Shown here piece after piece: positions 29,993-37,536 of a DNA stretch of 64,000 nucleotides (its first letter is position 1; the number at the start of each line of letters is the position of its first letter). This DNA is from an uncultured Desulfobacteraceae bacterium (GTDB lineage Bacteria > Desulfobacterota > Desulfobacteria > Desulfobacterales > UBA11574). The notes below the pieces were generated by a model. That model was not told the origin of the DNA and did no database searches. It worked only from the letters and a program-made list of their open reading frames with translations. Made by a program: the position numbers and the translations under genes. The DNA lies in assembly GCA_964539365.1 (NCBI GenBank), contig CAZIIV010000001.1, positions 12,637 through 76,636 on the forward strand, read 5' to 3'.

Positions 29993-31777
29993 ATGACGAT
30001 TTCAAACCGACAGACCGGATCAATAAGAGCACTCGGCAAAATTGAAGGGTATAAAAATGACGTGAGAATTCTCAGAGATATGATGGACCAGTCACCCATG
30101 TGGCAGCCCGGTGCAGCACTGAAAAGACAATGCGACCAGGTGTTTCGCATGATCACGGATCTTGAGGAACGTTTTGAACGTAAGCTCGTTGTTACTCTGA
30201 TCGGCCCTTGCGGATCCGGCAAATCCACCCTCCTTAATGCTCTGGCAGAAGTGGACGGCTTGTCCGAAGCAGGAAATCTGCGTCCTACCACCCGAGATAT
30301 CGTTGTTTTTTGCCGGGAAAAGAGCGATGCCGGTAATTTGAGTCAAGTACTGGGTACAGAGAATGTTGAGACGCGATCAAGTCATATGGCGGCTTCCCTG
30401 GATCACGTAATCCTGATCGACACACCGGACACGGACAGCAACGAATATGAAAAGCAGATTCCCATGGTGAATAAGGCCATAGCGCTATCAGACATGCTCA
30501 TCTGCGTTTTTGATTCGGAAAATCCTAAAAGAAGAGACCATGTGGATTTCCTGGCATCTTATGTGCGATTTTTCGGCGGGGATTCTCTTGTGGTTGTCAT
30601 TAACAAATGTGACCGACGGGACGAAAACGAGCTTAAGCAAAAGATACTTCCGGAATTTATTGAATTTATTAAAAATGCCTGGGAAAGACCGGTTCAAACC
30701 GTGCTGTGTATTTCAGCACGTCGACACTTGCGCAATCCGGGGTGGGACCCGACAGCAGATCCTCTGCATGATTTTGATCAGTTTGAAACGCTCCGGCAGA
30801 TGATTTTCGGCACTTTCAATCGACCGGGCTTCGTGATCGACAGGCGGCTGGAGAATGCTCAAAGCCTGAGGAATTACATTTTTGAAGAAACACGGGGTGA
30901 AGTTGAAAAAGACCTGGAAAAACTTGAGTCCGCCAAAGAGAATATTCAAAAGGCGGAAGCAAACGCGGTAAAGAATGCCCTTTTTGCGTTTAAAAATAAC
31001 AACTCCAGACAGCGGTTCGGTGTTAATGTCCTGCTTTATCAAAGACTGGCCAACCGGTGGCTGGGGCCGGTAGGATGGCTCATCGCCATATGGGCGCGTA
31101 TTTTAATTTTCGGCACCGGTATTGCGGCCATGTTCAGATTCGGAAACCCCTTTCGCCAGTTGGCGGGTATGATTTCTTCGTTTCGTCATTTCAAAGAATC
31201 ACGGGCGTCAGTGGCTGAAACCGGCAAAAGCCATAGAGTGGATGCTGCGATGAGGGATTACCGTCTTTCCATTTCCAAAGAATGGCCGGACATTGCTGAA
31301 ACTCTTGTTAACGCCCGGTTTGACAAATCCGTGCGACGGATTAATGACGTTCTTCCGGACAGTGATATCCTGGACCGGGATTTTAGCACCCTCTGGAGAG
31401 ATTCGCTGGACAGCGAAATAGAAAGATCTTCGGAAATCATGAGCGGATTTTTACTGCAAATTGTTTTCAACCTGCCGGCCATCGGTATTCTGGGCCATGT
31501 GGGCTGGATAACCGCACGGAACTATTTTACCGGCAACTATCTTTCCTCGGACTTCTTTGTGCATGCGTTTTTAACCATCGGCATCACCCTGTTTTTAAGT
31601 TTTTTTCTGTTTCAGGGATGCGTTCGGTTCTCTGCAGGTTCTGAAAAAATAATCCGCAACGCATTTGAAAAAGTGAAACACCAGATCGAACAGTTTCAAC
31701 CCATATCCATGAATCCTGTAAGCGAACAAATAGATATTGTGTTGAATCTGAGTTTTTCAAATCGACGGGATGAGTAA
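29993..31777 (+). CDS. Dynamin-like membrane GTPase paralog 2 (canonical G motifs)
   Basis: 594 aa. G1 'GPCGSGKSTLLNAL', G2-like 'RPTTR', G3 'DTPDTD', G4 'NKCD'. Three hydrophobic C-terminal segments ('WLIAIWARILIFGTGIAAMF', 'LLQIVFNLPAIGILGHVGWI', 'AFLTIGITLFLSFFLF'). Clearly paralogous to the upstream gene. Confidence 0.85.
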   Translation: MTISNRQTGSIRALGKIEGYKNDVRILRDMMDQSPMWQPGAALKRQCDQVFRMITDLEERFERKLVVTLIGPCGSGKSTLLNALAEVDGLSEAGNLRPTTRDIVVFCREKSDAGNLSQVLGTENVETRSSHMAASLDHVILIDTPDTDSNEYEKQIPMVNKAIALSDMLICVFDSENPKRRDHVDFLASYVRFFGGDSLVVVINKCDRRDENELKQKILPEFIEFIKNAWERPVQTVLCISARRHLRNPGWDPTADPLHDFDQFETLRQMIFGTFNRPGFVIDRRLENAQSLRNYIFEETRGEVEKDLEKLESAKENIQKAEANAVKNALFAFKNNNSRQRFGVNVLLYQRLANRWLGPVGWLIAIWARILIFGTGIAAMFRFGNPFRQLAGMISSFRHFKESRASVAETGKSHRVDAAMRDYRLSISKEWPDIAETLVNARFDKSVRRINDVLPDSDILDRDFSTLWRDSLDSEIERSSEIMSGFLLQIVFNLPAIGILGHVGWITARNYFTGNYLSSDFFVHAFLTIGITLFLSFFLFQGCVRFSAGSEKIIRNAFEKVKHQIEQFQPISMNPVSEQIDIVLNLSFSNRRDE

Positions 31778-31833
31778 ATTATGCAGGGCCTGAGCGAAGT
31801 TCTGCGCAACTTGAATCCGGTCTAAGGGATCAT

Positions 31834-32484
31834 ATGGACAAAAAATATCTTAACCCTACGGAAATCATTGACAGTGATCATAAGACAATCATCGAATATG
31901 CAAATGATATGGTCAGCCGCGCCGGTGAAGACCCCGTTGAAAAAGCCGTAACGCTTTATTACACGGTTCGGGATGATATCTGGTATGATCCGTACTATCC
32001 GTTCTATCTTCCCGAACATTATCGTGCGAGCAATATACTTAAAAGCGGACGGGGGTTTTGTATCAGCAAAGTTTCGCTTCTATGCGCTCTTGGAAGAGCG
32101 TGCAGCATCCCGTCCCGGGTTGGGTTCGCAACGGTCCGCAATCATTTGGCCACCCCCAAGCTTATCGAATTTTTAGGTTCGGATCTGTTTGTTTACCATG
32201 GATTTACGGAGTTTTATCTGGCCGGCCAATGGGTTAAAGCAACCCCTGCCTTTAATGTGGAACTGTGTAAGAAACATAACGTGATCCCGCTTGAATTTAA
32301 CGGACGCGAAGATTCTGTTTTTCAGGCCTATAATATGGAGAAAAAGGCATTCATGGAGTATCTGGAGTTTCATGGGATCTATGCGGATATACCGGTGGAT
32401 GTTATTGTTGCTGCCTGGGAAAAAGCCTATGGTAAGGAGCGTGTCAGAAAATGGATTGACGATTTAGAGAAATCGAGTCATTAA
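31834..32484 (+). CDS. Transglutaminase-like (papain-fold) domain protein
   Basis: 'GRGFCISKVSLLCALGRACSIPSRVGF' is the Cys motif and 'VYHGFTEFYLAGQWVKATP' the His motif of the transglutaminase-like core. AAGGGA RBS. Confidence 0.8.
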   Translation: MDKKYLNPTEIIDSDHKTIIEYANDMVSRAGEDPVEKAVTLYYTVRDDIWYDPYYPFYLPEHYRASNILKSGRGFCISKVSLLCALGRACSIPSRVGFATVRNHLATPKLIEFLGSDLFVYHGFTEFYLAGQWVKATPAFNVELCKKHNVIPLEFNGREDSVFQAYNMEKKAFMEYLEFHGIYADIPVDVIVAAWEKAYGKERVRKWIDDLEKSSH

Positions 32485-32528
32485 AATGTAAATTAATTTG
32501 CTGTTTATTCTTAAACCCGGAGGTAGTT

Positions 32529-33266
32529 ATGAATGATCTGAATTTGAAAGATGTGATCATTGAAAGATTTAAACCGTTTCAGGATGAGATATTGGGCGTC
32601 TATAAAGATAATGTTCATTCCATAACCCTGACAGGAAGTGCTCTGACAGACGATTTTGTGCCCGGCAAATCAGACATCAATTCGGTAGTTGTCCTCACGG
32701 AAATGAATTTGAAGTTTCTTGAACTTCTGGCGACTCTGGGGAAAAAATACCAAAAGAAAAGAATCGCAGCTCCCCTGATTATGACTCCTGAATATATCGT
32801 GAATTCTCTTGATGTGTTCCCCATTGAGTTTCTGAATATAAAGATGCTTCATAAAACCATATTTGGAGAGAACCTCTTTCAGGATCTGAAAATAAATCGA
32901 GCGGATCTCAGGCTGCAGTGCGAAAGAGAACTGAAAGTCAGATTGATCGGGCTCAGGCAGGGCTATCTTTCTTGTTTGGGAAACAGCAAAATGCTCATGG
33001 ATATGTTTATCGACTCTTTTTCGGGATATATTCCGCTGTTTAAGGGGATTATTCTTCTATTAGGAAAGGAGCCCCCGGTAACAAACCGTGAGGCAATTGA
33101 TGTACTTGAAGAAATTTCCGGTGTAAACACAAGCGTATTCAGCACGATTTTAAACCAGAAAAAACAGAAGACAAAACTGATGATAGGTCAACTGAATACC
33201 ATATTCGAAGAGTATTATGCAGCGATCGAGAGACTTGGAGATATTACGGATGGCATCAAAGTTTAG
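32529..33266 (+). CDS. Nucleotidyltransferase-fold protein with helical C-terminal domain (KNTase-like architecture)
   Basis: 'LTGSALTDDFVPGKSDINSVVVL' fits the Pol-beta NTase 'GS-x(n)-D-x-D' motif with the second Asp replaced by Asn. The helical C-terminal half resembles the KNTase C domain. GGAGG RBS. Confidence 0.6.
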   Translation: MNDLNLKDVIIERFKPFQDEILGVYKDNVHSITLTGSALTDDFVPGKSDINSVVVLTEMNLKFLELLATLGKKYQKKRIAAPLIMTPEYIVNSLDVFPIEFLNIKMLHKTIFGENLFQDLKINRADLRLQCERELKVRLIGLRQGYLSCLGNSKMLMDMFIDSFSGYIPLFKGIILLLGKEPPVTNREAIDVLEEISGVNTSVFSTILNQKKQKTKLMIGQLNTIFEEYYAAIERLGDITDGIKV

Positions 33267-34041
33267 ACGAGCGATTTTTCTTGCAACTCTGTTCCTATGT
33301 CTTGTGACGGTATGCGTTTCCCATTCCGCCGACATTCCGGAAAAACCTGTTAACTATGTCGTTGATCTGGCCGGGATTATGGATAACGCTACAGAGAAGA
33401 GGCTGAACGGATATCTTCAGGAGCTTGAGCAAAAGACAACGGCACAGTTGGTTGTCCTGACCATAAAAAGCCTCGAAGGTGAATCCATTGAAGATTTTTC
33501 CATAAAAATTGCGCATGACAATTGGAAACTTGGCCAAAAGGGAAAAGACAATGGCGTGCTGTTCCTTATATCCGTAACAGACCGAAAATACAGGATCGAA
33601 GTGGGATACGGGCTCGAAGGCGTGCTTCCGGACAGCATGGTCGGCAGTCTGGGCCGAAATTTTCTGGTGTCTTTGTTCAGAAAAGGTGAGTACTCAAAGG
33701 GTATTTTTCTTACAGCCGTGGCAATGGCCAATGAGATTGCCGTGGATGCGGGAGTTAACATACAAGGCATGCCTAAGGTAAATCGTCGCGTTCAGCCCAT
33801 CATAAAGGAAAAACCCGGTGGGCTCTTGCACACGATAATGACTATCGGATTTCTTATTATCGTAGTGATTTTGTTTATTAAGAATCCGAGATTATTTCTA
33901 ATGCTTCTTTTGTTTTCATCCATGGGCGGAAGAAGGGGATCATGGGGAAGCGGCGGTGGATTCGGCGGCGGCGGATTCGGTAGTTTCGGAGGTGGCGGCG
34001 GCGGCGGATTCGGCGGCGGTGGTGCATCAGGAGGCTGGTAG
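33250..34041 (+). CDS. TPM-domain (YgcG-like) membrane protein with Gly-rich tail
   Basis: Signal peptide. TPM core 'VVDLAGIM...QLVVLTIKSLEG...GVLFLISVTDRKYRIEVGYGLEG'. C-terminal TM and 'GGGFGGGGFGSFGGGGGGGFGGGGASGGW'. I place the start at ATG 33250, which overlaps the upstream stop by 17 nt. Confidence 0.88.
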   Translation: MASKFRRAIFLATLFLCLVTVCVSHSADIPEKPVNYVVDLAGIMDNATEKRLNGYLQELEQKTTAQLVVLTIKSLEGESIEDFSIKIAHDNWKLGQKGKDNGVLFLISVTDRKYRIEVGYGLEGVLPDSMVGSLGRNFLVSLFRKGEYSKGIFLTAVAMANEIAVDAGVNIQGMPKVNRRVQPIIKEKPGGLLHTIMTIGFLIIVVILFIKNPRLFLMLLLFSSMGGRRGSWGSGGGFGGGGFGSFGGGGGGGFGGGGASGGW

Positions 34042-34057
34042 TTGGTGTCCAATATAA

Positions 34058-34073
34058 ATTTCTGGATGGACAC
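34058..34073 (-). repeat. Solo copy of the MITE terminal repeat
   Basis: The reverse complement GTGTCCATCCAGAAAT is identical to 16421-16436. Confidence 0.45.
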
Positions 34074-34079
34074 GGGTGT

Positions 34080-34383
34080 GAATCAATTCCATTGGTAAAC
34101 GCTGACCCTTTTCTATTGACAAACCGTGGTTCTGAAGCCCTTTTTGTCAGGTGTCAGGTGTCAGGTGTCAGGTGTCAGCCCCGCCGCTGGGCGCCAAAGC
34201 ACCCAGTTTGATCTAAAAAGAAACTTCGGAAGGCCTAGTTTCATATGAGGTGTCGGTATTAAGGGGGAAACGAGGTGACCCATGGCAATTATATGGACGT
34301 GAAGGATCTTGAAGTCTATAAAAAGTTATGTCGGTTCCACATTTGTTGAATGGATTGGAGAAAACATTGGAGCGGTAAGTTCC
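34080..34383 (+). repeat. Right copy of the inverted repeat: decayed four-helix-bundle element
   Basis: Aligns with the reverse complement of 27305-27528. It carries an extra ~80-nt segment (34179-34258), a tandem heptamer arm, and an 18-codon 4HB start 'MDVKDLEVYKKLCRFHIC*'. Confidence 0.8.
34146..34178 (+). repeat. Tandem heptamer repeat (GTCAGGT, about 4.7 copies)
   Basis: Read directly: GTCAGGT GTCAGGT GTCAGGT GTCAGGT GTCAG. The left copy has a degenerate version at 27431-27460. Confidence 0.9.
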
Positions 34384-34425
34384 GGAGAGAGAAAACCGTT
34401 ACTCATCATTCATTGGAGGACCATT

Positions 34426-35001
34426 ATGTCAAAAAAAATTAAAATCATACTCATCGCGTTAGGGATCATCTTGGTTGTCGGTTTTATGTTATTGGGAACA
34501 ATCATATCCGGTTATAATAGAGTGATTAGCATGGATGAAAATGTTAAAGGTAAATGGGCTCAGGTGGAAAACCAATTAAAGAGGAGATACGACCTTATTC
34601 CAAATCTTGTTGAAACGGTAAAAGGGTATGCGACGCATGAAAAAGAGCTGTTCGAAAACATCGCACAGGCAAGGACCCAGTATTTTCAGGCAAAGGATGT
34701 AAAAGATAAAATTAATGCCTCAAACCAGCTTGAGGGTACGCTATCCAGACTCCTCCTGCTCCAGGAAAGATACCCGGTTTTGAAGGCCAATGAATCGTTT
34801 CTAAAACTCCAGGACAGTCTTGAGGGGACGGAGAACAGAATTGCAGTGGAACGAAAACGATATAATGAGTCGGTTCAAATTCTGAACACCTATGTCCGGA
34901 CGTTCATGGGCAAATTTTATGCAATGATTGCAGGGGTTCAAAGTGCGGAATATTATCAGGTACCCGAGGCGGAGCAGGCAGTTCCCGCAGTAAAATTCTA
35001 A
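34426..35001 (+). CDS. lemA: LemA family membrane protein
   Basis: N-terminal TM followed by '[38 protein letters not shown]...[16 protein letters not shown]'. I place the start at ATG 34426, which has a GGAGGA RBS; the track ORF start lies inside the repeat. Confidence 0.9.
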   Translation: MSKKIKIILIALGIILVVGFMLLGTIISGYNRVISMDENVKGKWAQVENQLKRRYDLIPNLVETVKGYATHEKELFENIAQARTQYFQAKDVKDKINASNQLEGTLSRLLLLQERYPVLKANESFLKLQDSLEGTENRIAVERKRYNESVQILNTYVRTFMGKFYAMIAGVQSAEYYQVPEAEQAVPAVKF

Positions 35002-35003
35002 AA

Positions 35004-35177
35004 CACGTGCGAATGTTTGAAGGCCTGCATTTCGGAATTATCGGCATTAATGACATTAACCCCACAGCAGCGGCGGCCCCTTTCGGAGGTATGAAGGAAA
35101 GCGGTCTGGGGCGCGAAGGAGGACGTGAAGGTATTGCCGAATACCTTGAAACCAAACTGGGTGGTTTTTCCGTGTAA
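35004..35177 (+). pseudogene. gabD: 3' stump (57 codons) of an aldehyde dehydrogenase (succinate-semialdehyde dehydrogenase-like)
   Basis: '[49 protein letters not shown]' is the conserved ALDH C-terminus. It has no N-terminal ~430 aa and begins 3 nt after the lemA stop. Confidence 0.7.
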
Positions 35178-35281
35178 TCGTTATGCCCGGAATTGATGAC
35201 GTTTCATGGCCGGATTTAAAATAAAGAATCCTGGCCCAAAGGACCAGGTTTTTCAGGACAAAATAAAGGAGGAACAAGACA

Positions 35282-35758
35282 ATGAATGAACAGGAAACAC
35301 AATTAAAGACACAGCATAACTTTGGTGATTTTCTTTACTGGAACCTGCTTGTTTTCGTACCGTTTGTTACGGCATGTATGGCCATTGCCAGAGAGTCAAT
35401 TTTATGGTTAATTTTTTATATAATAACCTGTATCTTGCTTGTCATGGTCATCTACAAATTTTATTGTACCCATTGCCCTCATTACATTCAAAGTCCCAAA
35501 AACACCAAGTGCATGTTTTTTTGGGGCGTTCCTAAATTTTTTAAGGAAAAACCCGGTCCCTTAAGTCTGCTCGAAAAAACCGTGGCCTTGACTATCCCTC
35601 TGGTTATCGTCTTTCTTCCGCTTTATTATTTGTTGTTACAGCCGGGTTTGCTGGTTATCTATTTTCTTTCTGTAATCGTTTTGTGCACAACATTGAGAAG
35701 ATATGAATGCAAACGGTGCATCTATTCCCAATGCCCGGCAAACTGTGCGAAAAAATAG
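35282..35758 (+). CDS. Hypothetical membrane protein with Cys motifs
   Basis: 158 aa with about four TM segments, 'CTHCPHY' and 'CKRCIYSQCPANC'. AGGAGG RBS. Confidence 0.6.
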   Translation: MNEQETQLKTQHNFGDFLYWNLLVFVPFVTACMAIARESILWLIFYIITCILLVMVIYKFYCTHCPHYIQSPKNTKCMFFWGVPKFFKEKPGPLSLLEKTVALTIPLVIVFLPLYYLLLQPGLLVIYFLSVIVLCTTLRRYECKRCIYSQCPANCAKK

Positions 35759-35876
35759 TCCGGATATATCCGCAAGTTGTGATTTTTTTCTGATGACCAA
35801 GTGGTTACGCCGACAGGACTTTTGTGCAGAGCTGTTCAGCGAATGAAATCTCTGCACAAAAGTTCCGAACTGCTGA

Positions 35877-36272
35877 TTATTCCCACCGGTTATGGCCTGT
35901 TTTTTTCAAATCTATATAATGTATAGTTCCCCGTTCATTTATAAAAGAGGTCAGAATCCAACTTACCAGACTGATCAATAACGATCCAAAAACCGCCGGC
36001 CAAAATCCGTAAACTTTAAAACCGGATATCACCCCAGAGACCATCATCAGCATGATTGCGTTGATCACAAAGGTAAAAAGACCGAGACTCAATACATTTA
36101 TGGGAAGCGTTAATATAAATAATATGGGTCGAAAAAAAGCATTCAGAATTCCTAAAATCGCTGCAGCGAAAAATGCGGATAAAAAATTACGTACGTATAT
36201 TCCATCGAGTAAATAAGACGTTATGAGGATTGCAATCGTTAGAATTAACCACCTCAGAAAAATTCCTCTCAT
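35877..36272 (-). CDS. DUF360 / phage-holin-4_2 family membrane protein (YvlD-like)
   Basis: 'AAAILGILNAFFRPILFILTLPINVLSLGLFTFVINAIMLMMVS' closely matches my recollection of the YvlD/DUF360 family. Confidence 0.85.
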   Translation of the reverse strand: MRGIFLRWLILTIAILITSYLLDGIYVRNFLSAFFAAAILGILNAFFRPILFILTLPINVLSLGLFTFVINAIMLMMVSGVISGFKVYGFWPAVFGSLLISLVSWILTSFINERGTIHYIDLKKTGHNRWE

Positions 36273-36302
36273 TATTTTTCTCCGTAAGCTCCCTATAGTA
36301 AT

Positions 36303-36359
36303 TTAACCCATAACTTGCATGTTTTGCTTCAACGTTTCAATGAGGTCCAGTTTGTTCAT
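36303..36359 (-). pseudogene. 5' stump (18 codons) of an HU/IHF-family gene
   Basis: 'MNKLDLIETLKQNMQVMG*'. The upstream ~85 bp is a diverged copy of the ihfB-like gene's RBS and promoter region at 38.7 kb. Confidence 0.55.
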
Positions 36360-36394
36360 GGCAGCCTCCTGAACTAATCAGCAATTAAGTCGAT

Positions 36395-36423
36395 ATAATA
36401 AAGAATCAGTTGAAATTTGTCAA
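36395..36423 (-). promoter_or_regulatory. Orphan duplicate of the ihfB-type promoter
   Basis: Minus strand: TTGACA (36423-36418), 17-nt spacer, TATTAT (36400-36395). Same hexamers and spacing as 38770-38798. Confidence 0.5.
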
Positions 36424-36489
36424 TGAATTCTGTATGATTGATTGAATTTAGAGAAGATGCCATGACAACCGATTATCTTACCCAAATAG

Positions 36490-36669
36490 ATCAATACAAT
36501 ATCCGCCACGCATGTCAGGGACTACCGAGTCTTTTTTGTTTCGGATGCAACAGCTACGGTGAACGATGAACTGCATATCGCATCTTTAAAAAATCTTGCA
36601 TTTGGCTTTACATACATTGTATTGACGAAATCCTTGCGAGGGTATTTATCTAAAGGGGATTACACCTAA
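36490..36669 (+). pseudogene. 3' stump of an isochorismatase-family (cysteine hydrolase) gene
   Basis: Open frame '[40 protein letters not shown]' resembles the C-terminal strand-helix of isochorismatase-like hydrolases. There is no N-terminal part. By-eye assignment. Confidence 0.45.
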
Positions 36670-36755
36670 AATCTGCAAGAAAAAACCTTTGACTTTCCAG
36701 GATACATGTGAATAAATAGTGTTTGATAAAGTTAATTTATTGGTAAAAGAGGGGG

Positions 36756-37352
36756 GTGATGTTTATGCCTTTAGGGGAAAAAGATTTTTTTTCTGCTTTT
36801 GTAAGTGTTAGTAAGGCAATCAGTTCAACGAGGAATCTAAAAGACGTTCTGGATTTGATTTTGAAACACGGGATTGATTCCTTGGGTATGAAAGCAGGCG
36901 CCATCAGTTTATGGAATAAAAAGCAAAATCGTTTGGAGCTTATAACCCAGCGTAATTTGAGCCAGGAATTTATTAACAAAGGCCCGATACTTGCGGATAG
37001 AAGCATTCCTGACTCGGTCATGAGCAAAAGACCTGTGGTTGTGCCAAATATTGAGAACGATAGGCAACTACAGTATCCCGAAGCGTGTAAAAAAGAGGGA
37101 ATTCAATCGATCCTGGCCGTTCCCATTGTTTTTAAGGATAATGTTATTGGTGCACTCCGCCTTTATGATTCGAAATCAAGGGAATTTACCTATAAAGAAA
37201 TCGAGTTCATTACTGCGTTAGCAGAGCAAGGAGGGATAGCTGTTGAAAATGCCCGGTATATGGAGAAAATATTGAAAGATCACAAAGAAGAAATGGAAGA
37301 GCTCTGGGATTGGTTTTACTCGATGACCGGCTCGCCAAGACTTGATGGATGA
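36756..37352 (+). CDS. GAF domain protein
   Basis: Reads as a GAF fold ('AISSTRNLKDVLDLIL...SILAVPIVFKDNVIGALRLYD...FTYKEIEFITALAEQGGIAVENA'). Start could be 36756, 36759 or 36765. Confidence 0.8.
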   Translation: MMFMPLGEKDFFSAFVSVSKAISSTRNLKDVLDLILKHGIDSLGMKAGAISLWNKKQNRLELITQRNLSQEFINKGPILADRSIPDSVMSKRPVVVPNIENDRQLQYPEACKKEGIQSILAVPIVFKDNVIGALRLYDSKSREFTYKEIEFITALAEQGGIAVENARYMEKILKDHKEEMEELWDWFYSMTGSPRLDG

Positions 37353-37399
37353 TGATACGTCAAACCGTTTTCCAAGGCTGGGTAACATGTTCTTATTAA

Positions 37400-37448
37400 G
37401 TTCCGGACGGGCCTGTTGGAAATAGGGCGGTCCGGAACCCCTTTTATT
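37400..37448 (+). terminator. Candidate rho-independent terminator
   Basis: GTTCCGGAC (37400-37408) pairs with GTCCGGAAC (37430-37438) and is followed by CCCTTTTATTT. The loop is long. Confidence 0.45.
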
Positions 37449-37536
37449 TCTTCGTTATACACTTGCAGGTTTTTAGATTAAAATCAAATCTTCTTCGCTG
37501 TTCAATCTCATCAACGAAAACCGACCTCCCGGCAAT

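Noticed and set aside
33792-34073. Pro-rich 93-aa minus-strand ORF
   Set aside because: It is the antisense reading of the Gly-rich (GGN-repeat) tail of the TPM protein.
34146-34178. Heptamer tandem repeat considered as a CRISPR or other array
   Set aside because: The units are 7 nt with no spacers and there are no cas genes. It is one arm of a decayed hairpin element.
34309-34425. 39-codon N-terminal extension of LemA
   Set aside because: It lies inside the right inverted-repeat element. ATG 34426 has a GGAGGA RBS and begins exactly at the LemA transmembrane helix.
23273-35003. Island considered as a prophage, ICE, integron or composite transposon
   Set aside because: I found no integrase, transposase, recombinase, phage structural genes, tRNA target, attC-like sites or terminal direct repeats. 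The inverted repeats bracket only part of the island and encode no transposase.
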